Assembly: GCA_036785375.1 (NCBI GenBank)
Contig: JAWMAR010000148.1
Location: 248,001 to 312,000 of the forward strand
Direction of reading: 5' to 3'
Origin: Leucoraja ocellata
Taxonomy: Eukaryota
DNA length: 64,000 nt
Shown: positions 28,501 to 40,500 of the stretch, piece by piece
Numbering within the stretch: the first letter of the stretch is position 1
How the letters are laid out: each line of letters begins with the position of its first letter
Notes under the pieces: generated by a model
Told to the model about the DNA's origin: nothing
What the model saw: the letters and a program-made list of their open reading frames with translations, nothing else
Database searches by the model: none
Translations under genes and position numbers: made by a program

Positions 28501-31500
28501 CAACCTATCAGAACCACAGGTGCCTCATGCATTCATATTTGGTTTTGTTTAGTTTTAAGATCTGGGTTGCAATAGAACTAATTCACTTGCAAACTTTTTT
28601 AGATAATATAATCATTCTTCTTTTTACCCACGTTATTAGTTAGTCCTTTCTCATTGCATATTGAATTTAAAATAGCCTGTTTTCTAATTGGTTCCACAAC
28701 ATAGAACTCTAAATTATCCCATCTTATATGGATACTGTGAATACATCCTCCACCCTACTGCTGCTAATTTAATTTGCATGGTATATGCGTAGGTTGAAGT
28801 CCACCATGGTCATTGCATTACAATTGCAATATGGAGTGTGGATGAGGGAGACAGTGACAGTGTGACATTGAATATGAAGATTGTGGAGGGAAAAGGATCA
28901 ATGATCTGAGGTTAATGAGAGGCAACAAAAGGGTTAACTGGAATTGAATGGTGAGAGGTTGTGGTAAGAATGAATGAGGTAGAATGAGATGGAACAGCAT
29001 TTGGCACAACATTTCATGCTGGTGCCTCAATGCTGCAGGGACTTGGGATATATGCTGACCTCGGGTGCTTTCTACAGGAAGTTTGCACATTCTCCCTGTG
29101 ACCACAAGTTTCAGACCAGTGTGTGCTGAAAGGTTAATTGTCTTTTGTATTTTTTTCCTATTGGAGGCAAGTAGCGAGGGGAGAGATAACGAGAAGGAGA
29201 TGGGGTGAGGAGGGAAGGGCTAAAGAGGAGTGTAGGTGTGGTGCAGGTGAGGAGAAGAGAGAGGGGGCATGAGGCGAGTGTGTAATGGTGATGAAAAGGA
29301 GATGGGAGAGGTGCGATAAGGATGTGGAGGGGATGGGTGTGAGCTGCTGGGGGGGGGGGTAAAGTGACGAGGAGGGGTTTGGGATGGTGAGGGGTGTGGG
29401 GGAGGTGAGGGGTGTGCAGGATGTGAGAAGTGTGCGGGAGGGGAGTGGGGGAGGTGAGGGCTGTGATGGAGATGAGGGGTGTGAGGAGGAGGTGCAGGGG
29501 TGAGGGGTGTGGATGGGGAGATGAGTGTGAGGTGAGGGGTGTGGAGAGGGAGTCAGGGGTATGGAGAGGGGTGTGGATGGGGAGATGAGGAGGATGTGTG
29601 ATGGATGTGAGGGGTGTGGAGATGAGGCGAGGTGCAGGGGTGTGGATGGGGAGATGAGTGTGTAGGATGGGTGAGGGGGTGTGGAGAGGAGGTGAGGTGC
29701 AGGGGTGAGGGGTGTGGATGTGGATGGGGAGGATGTGTGAGGGGTGTGAGGGGTGTGGGGAGGAGGTGAGGTGCAGGGGTGAAGGGTGTGGATGGGGAGA
29801 TGAGGAGGATGTGTGAGGGTTGTGATGGATGTGAGGGGGTGTGGAGAGGGAGTCAGGGGTATGGAGAGGGGCGTGAAGGATGTGGTGGTGTCGAGGCGGT
29901 GTTGAGCTGGGATGGGGCGGCCGGTTTGGGTTCCCCCGAGGGCCGGAGTCTCCCCCTCGGCAGGCGGGCGGCAGGCGCTCGCTGTCACAGAGGGCGGACC
30001 GAGCCAATGAGCACCGGGAGGCGGGGCGGCGGTGCGGTGTCGCCGGGCGAGGTGAGCGGCCAGTGAGCTGGGTATAAATAGAGCTGTGACTGCCGGCTGC
30101 GGGCAGTCGGCGGCGAGCGGCGGCGGCGCTGGGACAGACTGACAAGACTGACTGACACTCACCAGCAGACAGCGATCACAGCTTCGCAATCCGCGGCGGA
30201 CAGACGGACATCAGCGGCCGGAGCCTGGGAAACGCTGCTCCCAACTTGCTACAGGTGCGCACTACCCGGGTGGGTGTTGTGGTGAGCGGGTGGTCGGGAC
30301 CAGGTTGGCAGGGGGTGTTCTGCGTGGCGGTAGTGTGTGGGGCAGTACTGGTACAGGTAGTTGTGCTGGCTGTAGTACGTGCCAAACAGTTTCTGATTTC
30401 TAGGCTTCTAGTTTGTATTTTGTGCTGCCTTCTCCATTGTGATTCTCCATCAACCACCCGCCTGGTCCCTCTACCAAAATAAGTATGGATTATCTATCAA
30501 TAATCCATGGCAAACCTACCCCTCTTCCGAGGGACGTTGACAGCCTGAAACTAGGATTAAACTCAAAGCATCAGCGGCAGGATGAGCCGGAGCCCATTTG
30601 TGCACCGCACACTGGTTTATACAACAGGTGTGTAACTTTCTTGTTATCAACATTTGAACACTATATATTAAGAAATTGCAACCACATGTGATAGTGAATG
30701 AGAATTCTCTTTTAGTGGATTGCCCAGATAAGGCCCCATATTTATTACACTGGAACCCTGGACACCATGAAAATAAGAAGGTTAAGATTGGACGGGGAAT
30801 GTTCCTAAAACTGGAGTCTTCTGCCTCGCTACATTCCATTGTTATAGAGAACGGGGGTAAGTTTAATTTGATAAATGTCTTTCATACTTGTAAACAATTC
30901 CCAAATGAAACTATTTTTCTTCTTCGGGGCTCTGTTTTATGCGTAGTGGGGAAGGTGAGGGCTGTCACCTTCCTGACAGAATAGATGCTGCCTTTATTTA
31001 CAGTTGGAAAGTGCGGGTGATGCTAAATGCATCTGAGTTTGGGATTAGTTTTGTGATGGGATTTCTGTTCAAGGTGGTAAAATCGCCCCTGGTGACCATC
31101 GGTGACCTTACTATGGACATTATTTTGCAGGTAAACTCGTGTTTAACGATGCGCCGAAATCCCCTATCACTCTGAAAGCTCGCTATATTCTGATCAGGAG
31201 CGGGGGCGAGCTGCACATCGGAGCGGAAAAATGCCCCTATATTTCCAGCGCCACTATTACCCTCTACGGAAAGTCGACAGATGCATTAAACGTGGAGCAT
31301 TTTGGTCAGAAGTTCATTGGAGTGGACAAAGGTGGTGTTTTGGAATTGCACGGAAGGAAAACCTTGTCTTGGACATTTTTAGCCCGAACTCTCTACCCGG
31401 GTGGCTTGCAGTCTGGGGCTTACCGCTTTGACAGGTACTGGGGCAGCAGGGGTATCAACATCAGGGTGATAGATCCCGGCACGGCCAAGGTGCTCGCAGC

Positions 31501-34500
31501 CCACCGTTTCGACACTCACCTCTGGGCGGATGAGAGCAGGCGGCTGCAGGATTTTTTACGCCGCCAAGCCAGAGGGCGAATAGTGGCCATCGCTGTCGGA
31601 GACTCGGCCGCCAGGAGACTGACGCGGTCTGCCAGGAATGACCTGAGCGAACTGCTGGGGAGCAAAGAGGCGATGTATCTGGGCTACAGGTGAGCCAGCT
31701 CGGGTCGTGCACGGTTTGATTGTTGTGCGTGGCCACACCGCCGCGCTCCCACTGCGTGTTGAGGAATGTATTTACATTTTAAATCCAGTTTACTTTCAAC
31801 AGACAGTAAGACGCGTCCCTGTCGTTTGCTGCTTCAATTCAAGCCGCGTGCTAGATTAAATCTAATCCGGTAAACGAGGCTTTCCGTTTGCTCATTTGGA
31901 GCGGCAATTTTTACCCTCTTATCAATGTTTGCCTGCGTTTATAATTGTGTGTCAACAAGATGGAGGAAACCACATCCCTATTCCCCACATGCAGTCGGAA
32001 ACGTTGCTTGACGTGGAAGGTATCGATTATCTTGTCAACTGGGGTGAGATTTTCAACTCGCAGGTCCTTCATCAGATTTGGATCAGAGCCAAGGGTATAC
32101 ATTCGCTGAAGTATATTTTAATGATTGCAATTTGAGCCACCATGGACAGCTCCCGGGTCTTTTCTCGGGCGACTGGTCAGAATGGTTGCAAAGTGACAGT
32201 AAAAGGCAAAGTGCTGGAGCTACTCAGCGGGTTAGATAACATCTGTGGAGGGAATGGACAGGAGATGTTTCCTATGGGGACCCTTCCTCGGTTCCCTCCT
32301 CCCTCCACCAGCACAATAAGTTTTGCTCAAGATTCCAGCACCTGCAGTTACCTGTGTCTCTAAAAAAAAAAGACCATATTTGAAACCCATAATGTGTATG
32401 TTTATATAGTTCAAATTAAGTATTCATTTGTTTCATACCAGCATATTTTCCATTGTAAATCAATCACGGTGGCAGACAATTTCATCTTTGCCGATCTCGA
32501 CTTACTTTAGGCAACCATGGGCTGCGATTGGAGTTCTTGGTGAATTATTTGCTATGGAAGACAAGCAACTGTATCAGCCTGATGGGTCAACCGGTATGGC
32601 TATAGTAAGAAGAGACTTTCAGACATATGATGGGATTCATTTCACAGTCACTGCTTTCAGTGAGTGGGTGAGAGGTAAGTCTCATCAGCAGTTTTGTGTT
32701 TTTTGAGGTTTACATTGGGTCTTTTTTAGGGTCACTACTACAGTCTGCTAAGAACCATAGATGCGTGTAAGCGGAAGGCCATACGATTATAAGACATGGA
32801 AGCAGAATTAGGCCATTTGCCCTGTCGAGTTTGCTGAGCCATTCGATCATAACTGATCTATGTTTCCCTCTCAACCCACATCTCCTGCCTTCTCCCCATC
32901 ACCGTTGACACCCTTACCAATCGAGAATCTATCAATTTCCACTTTAAAAAATACCTATTGTACAGGTATACCTGATTCTCAATTCTGCCTTTTCTTCCTT
33001 CACTGATTAAGTAAAAACATATTTTATTTGTAGAAGAACACAAGCATTTATGTAAACAATTGAGAAACGTAATTGTAGATATTCGAAGCCAGATGTCCTG
33101 CAAATGATTTGGAATTTAAAAAGACAACAAAGGTTGACAAAAATATCATAAAGGGGTCTGTTGTGTGGGCTGATGGCATTATGCTGTATTTCTTTGATTA
33201 TAACTATAAGAGTAGAGAGGTTAAAGTTTGGCTACGTAGAGTATTGGTGAGACTACGTCTGGGTTTCTGTGTCCCATATATGTCTCACTTATTTAAGGAA
33301 GGATCTATGTTGGAAGCAATTCCAAGAAGGTTTACTTGAAGGATTCCCAGCATGGGTGGGTTGTGAGTATAGTTGGACAAACTAGGCTTGAATCTGCTGG
33401 AGAGTAGAAGACTGAGAGTTGACACCACTGGTGCATAAGATGACAGAGCGAATATGGTGAAGATGTTTCCGCAGTTGTTATCACTGGGATATTTGCAATG
33501 TCCTCCATCGTGCGGGGGGAAAAATGGTTTGCTGTATCTGTCTTTTTTTCTGACATTAATTTCCCAGCCACATTCTCCAAACGTACTGTGATGACCTTAT
33601 CCACATCTTTTATAAATATAATCTCCATAGAAAATTAGCTTTAAGATTGTGCGTTTCCTAATAACTCATTTTTGTTCCCTATCGTATGAGAACCTTCACC
33701 ACTGATTACTGAAAAATTCCAAGTGTAAGAATAGATTGAAAACCAGTTGTTGCACAGAAAACAGATGTAATAAATTATACTTTTTTTTCCTGGTTGAATG
33801 GATACAACTTTTCAACTATCCCAGGGATATGCTCTTGGTCCTAAGTTAGTCACTATTTATGTTAATGACCTAGAGGCGGGGGTCAGATTTAAGGTATCAA
33901 AGTTTGCCATTTAGACAAAAATAGATCGAAGGACATCTTGTGATTTGCCTACCTTGGAATTTAGAAGAATGTGGACTGAAGATAAGATTCGAAGGAGGCG
34001 TGACATAGAAACACAGAAAATAGGTGCAGGAGTAAGCTCTTCAGCCCTTCGAACCAGCACCGCCATTCAAATTGATCATGGCTGATCATCCAAAAGCAGT
34101 ACTCTGTTCCTGCTTTTTCCCCCATATCCCTTAATTCCTTTAGCATTAAGATCCAAATCAAACTCTCTCTTGAAAACATCCAATGAATTGGTCTCCACTG
34201 CCTTCTGTGACAGGGTAGATGTCAGTGTGATCACTTGTTGGAGAATAGCTTCAAAATAAAGAGTGAGTCATTTAGAACCGATTTGCATTTAAATGTATTC
34301 TCTGTGAGAGTGATAAATCGCTGAGATTCACTGACCCTGAGAGTTTTAGCAGCTAGCTCATGACAAGTATTTCACTTGAAGAGGTAAAGTTTTGGAGAAT
34401 TTGAGGGCTCTGGCTATCTGGCACAGAGGAGTTGAGATTTGGTTTTTGCATCGAACATTCTGCATGACATTTCTGAAGCAGTTGTCTACAACTCAATTGT

Positions 34501-37500
34501 TTTTTTTTTCTATTATAAACTTAAAAAGTCAACACTGAACAGCACACACATGGTTATAGTGAAATATATCATATGCGGGCTGCTATTGATAACTGGGCTT
34601 AAATGCAAACACGTCCTTTGACAGTCTTATTGAACTAGATAAGCTTGGGGCAGATAAGAATGAGAACTGACTTGTCACATAAGTGAATCAGACAGTTATA
34701 TAGTGCTGGAAAGGAAGGGAAACAAACAAATATCATTGTCTAGGGTGGCACAGTGGTTACAGCACCATGGACCCAGGTTTAATCTTGACTATGGGTTGCT
34801 GTCTGTACAGATATTGTACATTCTTTCTATGACCGTGTGTGTTTTCTCCAGGTGCCTCCCATACTCTAAAGACGTTCAGGTTTGTAGGTTAACTAGCTTC
34901 TGGAAATTGTCCTTGGTGTGTAGAGTGATCGTTGGTAGGCGTAGACTCGATGGGCTGAAGGGCCTGACTCAACGCTGTATCTCTAAAGTCTAAAGCAAAG
35001 TTTAGGGTCTAATCATATTGCTGTACCATTCTCCGTCTTTAAAGGAAAGCAATGTTTTTTTTTCTTTCTAATATTTATTTTCTTAATGTATGTCTTTTGT
35101 GCTTTTATAACATTGTGTTATTTATTCCACAGGTGTCCCTCACTGTGGCTTTCGTGTGGATGTGTCAAATGGTGTTATTCTTAATTTAATGGATGATGCC
35201 TCAAGCTGGTTGCCTGGTGATCAAATAGTTATTGCAAGCACTGATTATTCTATGCATCAGGCCGAAGAATTTGATCTCCTTCCCTGTCCTGGGTGTAATA
35301 TTTATCAGATTAAAATTGGTAAGAACTGCGAATCTACAATAATTTTGGGTTTATCTCTTTTTAAAAACTTTATCTCAAAGATTCTATGGATCAACACTTC
35401 GGATTTATTTTACTCTGTGGATTTAAATTGTGCAATGCTATTCAAGGTTTATCTGGGGACAGTTCTGATATGCAATCTGTTTCCTGTCTTTTCTACTGTA
35501 ACAAGAAATGTAGACTATGTTCTGAATTTAAAGTGTAGAAAGCAATACTTTATTGATGTTCAATTTTGCTCAACCAATTTGAATTCCGAACACTGGGCGT
35601 TTACACACAAAATGCTGAAGTAACACAGCAGGTCGGGCAGCATCTCTGGAGAAAATGAATAGGTAACGTTTTGGGTCGGAACCTTTCATCGGACCCGAAA
35701 TGTTTGCTATTATTTTTCTCCAGAGGAGCAGCTTGACCCATAGAATTACTCCAGCATTTTGTGTCTATCTGCGGTATAAACCGGTATCTGCAGTTCCTTC
35801 CTACACATTCTGAGTGATTAAATATCCTTTCATTTTGCTTCCATGCTGAGCCTTTACCTGATTAGAGATTAGAGTTGGTGATCTCAACAAACAGGAACAT
35901 TTGAATTGCCTGCACAGATTAACACACAAAAATATATTTTTCCATTGGTAATGAATATATGAACACTGAACAAGAGAAGAGTGTTCTCTGATAAACCTGG
36001 CATGTTACACAACTTATAGTTTATTGTTTAAGAAGGAACTGCAGATGCTGGAAAATCGAAGTTAGACAAAAATGCTGGAGAAACTCAGCGGGTGAGGCAG
36101 CATCTATGGAGCGAAGGAAATGGGCAACGTTTCGGGCCGAACCCCTTCTTCAGACTGATTATAGTTTCTTGTGATAGTTATCATATGATCAGTTTCCTGT
36201 AGTAGGTGGATAAATCATCCCTGAGCTTTCTTACTAATTAGATTGGCTCCAATGTGTTACCTGGTGCACAAGGTTGCAGAGAGGTTTACCTTGTCAGAAG
36301 TGTTTGTATCCTTTCCATGTCCACTCTATCTAAGCCTTTCAATATTCAGAAGGTTTCAACGTGATTTCCCCCCTCCCCCATCCTTCTAAACTCTAGCAAA
36401 TCCAGTGCCTTCAAATGCTCCTCATACATTAATCCAATCATCCCCGGGATCATTCTTGGAAACCTCCTCTGGAACCTCTCCAATGCAAACACATCCTTCC
36501 TCAGATGTGGGGCCAAACAGCTCACAATATTCCAAATGTGACCACACCACCTTATAAAGCCTCAGCAATACACCCTTGCTTTTATATTATGATCCGCTCA
36601 AAATGAATGCATTGCATTAGCTTTCTTTACCGCTGACTCAACCTGCAAGTTCCTCAGAGTCTCAGAATAAGGAGATGCATTAAAACAGAGGCGAGTCTCT
36701 TGTCACAGAGAATTGAGAGCAGAGTCCTTCGGGTGTATTTACTGTAATGTTAGATTTAGTTGATGAGGAGAAGGCAGCATAGATTTAGGAAATCTTGGAT
36801 CAGTCATGAACCTTTTTAATGACAAAGCGGACTCTGGAGGGAGGGGAAGGCAGAGGGGGGAGCTGAATAGTCTACTACTATAGTTGCTGATGGCCAAGCA
36901 TGAAAGTTAAAATACCAACCCTCCTCCCCCTCAAATAAAAAACATCCTGTATTTCCTAAATGCTTGTTAAATATCTGCATGTTATTTCTACCATTTCCCA
37001 GCTGCCGCCTGGGACCTCGGACTTTCCCTCTGGAGTCTTAAATCTGTCTACGCTTATTAACTCTAGCTATGAAGTCACCACCTACTGATTGCTACTTGTT
37101 ACAGCCTCTTGCATTTACTTCACTTCATTCCTTGATCACCAAGATTATATTCCTACCTGCTATTTTTCCTTTGCTTCTGTGGATCACGCACTTTTAGTTC
37201 CTGGTCTCATTCTTGCAAATTTGTCTCCATAATGATTATCATTTGACCTCCAATTTTAATTGTCAGCCAGCAATTTGTTAATTTCATCCACTTTGCTTCT
37301 TATTCTATGCTTTTTTTAAATAATGCTTATTTAGATTGCACACTTTTCAGTGTTTTATCATTAAATTTTCTCATTCTTAGTTTACTTTCTAGTCTATGTT
37401 TATTTTTAACCTACTGTGCCTAGAAGCACCATCTCTAATTCTCAGCTAACTTCCCTGAGGATTTGGATCAATTTTTATTACTAACACTACATGGGTCATT

Positions 37501-40500
37501 AAAATGTCATGAGTATGTGCAAAAGATCAATAACAATTTATACATTCTAGTTGATATTTAACTCGAGGGAACTGCAGCACAAGGCGAAGGAAGTTGTGCT
37601 GCAGTTTCCCAAAGCCTTGATTTGATTGCAGCCGACTACCCTCTCCTGGAAAAAACAAAGTGCAGTTTAAATTTGCATGATGTATTAAATATAGAAAAAT
37701 GTTTTCTCAGACTTGGATTGCATTCCCTGAAACTGAAGGATAAGGAGTGATTAAATTAAAATATTAAGATGTTGGGCACCAAGGATGGATAGAGGAGATA
37801 TGAGGATTTGAGTATAGGAGCAGGGAGGTTCTACTGCAGTTGTACAGGGTCTTGGTGAGACCACACCTGGAGTATTGCGTGCAGTTTTGGTCTCCAAATC
37901 TGAGGAAGGACATTATTGCCATAGAGGGAGTGCAGAGAAGGTTCACCAGACTGATTCCTGGGATGTCGGGACTGTCTTATGAAGAAAGACTGGATAGACT
38001 TGGTTTATACTCTCTAGAATTTAGGAGATTGAGAGGGGATCTTATAGAAACTTACAAAATTCTTAAGGGGTTGGACAGGCTAGATGCAGGAAGATTGTTC
38101 CCGATGTTGGGGAAGTCCAGGACAAGGGGTCACAGCTTAAGGATAAGGAGGAAATCCTTTAAAACCGAGATGAGGAGAACTTTTTTCACACAGAGAGTGG
38201 TGAATCACTGGAACTCTCTGCCACAGAGGGTAGTTGAGGCCAGTTCATTGGCTATATTTAAGAGGGAGTTAGATGTGGCCCTTGTGGCCAAGGGGATCAG
38301 AGGGTATGGAGAGAAGGCAGGTACGGGATACTGAGTTGGATGATCAGCCATGATCATATTGTATGGCGGTGCAGGCTCGAAGGGCCGAATGGCCTACTCC
38401 TGCACCAAATTTCTATGTTTCTATGATATCTGTGATGATTGGGAAATCCAGGTTCGATACATATATAATCTAACAATTAGACCCAAGCATTTCAGATTTG
38501 ACCACTTTTGCATTTAAATTATAGTAGAAATATTTAACCTTTATCCATGAGCATTGTTGCTTGATCAGTTGTTAAATTAAAATCTGAAATGGATAGATTT
38601 TTGTTACTAAAAGTAATGGAGAGAAAATAGACTGAATAACTTGAACTTTTTCCAATATTCCTAAAGTTATTGACTGTAGTAAAGATGATTGGCATCAAAT
38701 CAACACTTCTAGAGTTGTTCTCTGTACTCATTACAATCTGCTGTAATCATTGGGGCTTGTCGAATAAATGTCTTCACCTGCTGGTGATATGCCATTTCAA
38801 TGAGTGGTAGTTTTGAAAAATAATCTTTTATCATAGGCAAGCCACGTTATCTCCATATGGGCGAAATTGTAGATGGAATAGACATGAGGGCTGAAGTTGG
38901 ACTTTTAAGTAGAAACATCCTCATAAAAGGAGAAATGGAGGACTCCTGTTACGGACAAAACTTCTGCCACTTCTTTAGCTACGATACATTTGGTGGACAG
39001 ATAAAGGTAAGCAGTGTTATTGAAGGTCCTTCAACGTTGTTTAGATAATATTAATTAGAGGTAAAGCAAATCCTGTATATTTGGTCCTGGCCAAAGTACA
39101 CGCTGTTTGTTGTGCCTTGTGGAGGTTTCAAAATTGATTTAGGGTGAGAGGGAGGAAATTTCAGTAGGATGAAAAAGTTTTTTTTTCACAGAGGGATCGA
39201 ATGAGCTGCCAAAAGTGGTAGAGACTGAAACAAAATCACAATGTTTAAAGAAGTCTTTGGGCGGGCACTTGAATAGAAGGAGTAGAGCCCAATGCAGGCA
39301 AATGGGATTAGTATAGATTGTGTCACAGTTGGTATGGATGAGTTGGGTTGAAGTTTCTGTGTTGTACTGTTCTATGACACTAAATGGCAGGAAAATGGTG
39401 CAGTGAACTTTCTGCTTTTCCTGGATTGGCAATGGCTTCCCAACCCATGCCCTGACCCCCCCCCCCCCCCTTCAAAGCCATACAGAGTGGTTCAAAGCTC
39501 TGTCTTCTATTCTACTGCTATCTAGGGTATTCTGTCATGCCAGAATATTTTAACATTTGTAGACTGTATTTTTCTTGAAAAAACACTTGAATCATGGACA
39601 GATTGGTATTTTCAAAGATTTGGTTCTCAAATCTATCTCAAGTTCATAGGGAAGAACTAATTTCATTACCTTGGCTTGGCAGATCCTAAGAAACTTTGCC
39701 TCGGTTCACTTGTCTGGCGTAGAGTTGACTAACATGGGCCAGCAGATACTTGGGAGTTACCCAGTACACTTACACCTGGCTGGAGATGTGGATCGGAAAG
39801 GCGGCTACAATCCGCCAACTTATGTGGACAACCTATCCATACATCACTGTTTCTCTCGATGTGTGGCTATACATGGAACAAATGGTTTGCTGGTACGTGT
39901 ATCATTCCACCCGACTCTCTAATTTTAACCAAACTAATTAATCGGCACATTCTACATGTTTTCTCATATGGGTAACCAGCAAATGCTAATGACAGATTTG
40001 GTGAGTATGACATGCACAGTTACTCCTTCAGACCCTATTTGGTGCGTTGTGATATATGAAAGCAAATTTTTCTACTCTTTTTTTGTTAAAACGTGCCCTC
40101 CATCCACCACCATCCCAAAACATTGTGAACATTGCACTAGTTTCCACAGTTTATTTAAATAGGGAATATTCTTATATTTCCAATTCCAACCAATCAAAAC
40201 TGAATTTTGGGGCTAATTTTTCTGAATTATCCTGTAGCAGATGTGTTAACAACAATTTGAGGAAGGACATTCTTGCTGTTGAGGGAGTGCAGCGTAGGTC
40301 ATGAGGTTAATTCCCGGGATGGTGGGACTGTCATCTGATGAAAGAATGGAGCGACTGGGCTTGTATTCACAGGAATTTAGAAGGATGAGAGGGTATCTTA
40401 TAGAAACATATAACATTATTAAGGGATTGGACACGCTAGGTACAGGAAATATGTTCCCGATGTTGGGGGAATTCGGAACCAGGGGCCACAGTTTAAGAAT

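Noticed and set aside
29111-30189. 343-344 aa His/Pro/Thr-rich minus-strand ORFs
   Set aside because: They arise from the C-rich complement of a low-complexity G tract lacking stop codons; open in several frames with no domain signal.
30246-30482. Hydrophobic ORF as a signal peptide or TM exon for the internal promoter
   Set aside because: Starts at TTG, ends in a stop at 30480-30482, and has no in-phase donor linking it to the G8 exon.
37840-38334. 164-aa ORF as a host gene
   Set aside because: It is the CR1 ORF2 C-terminus, repeated several times in the window.
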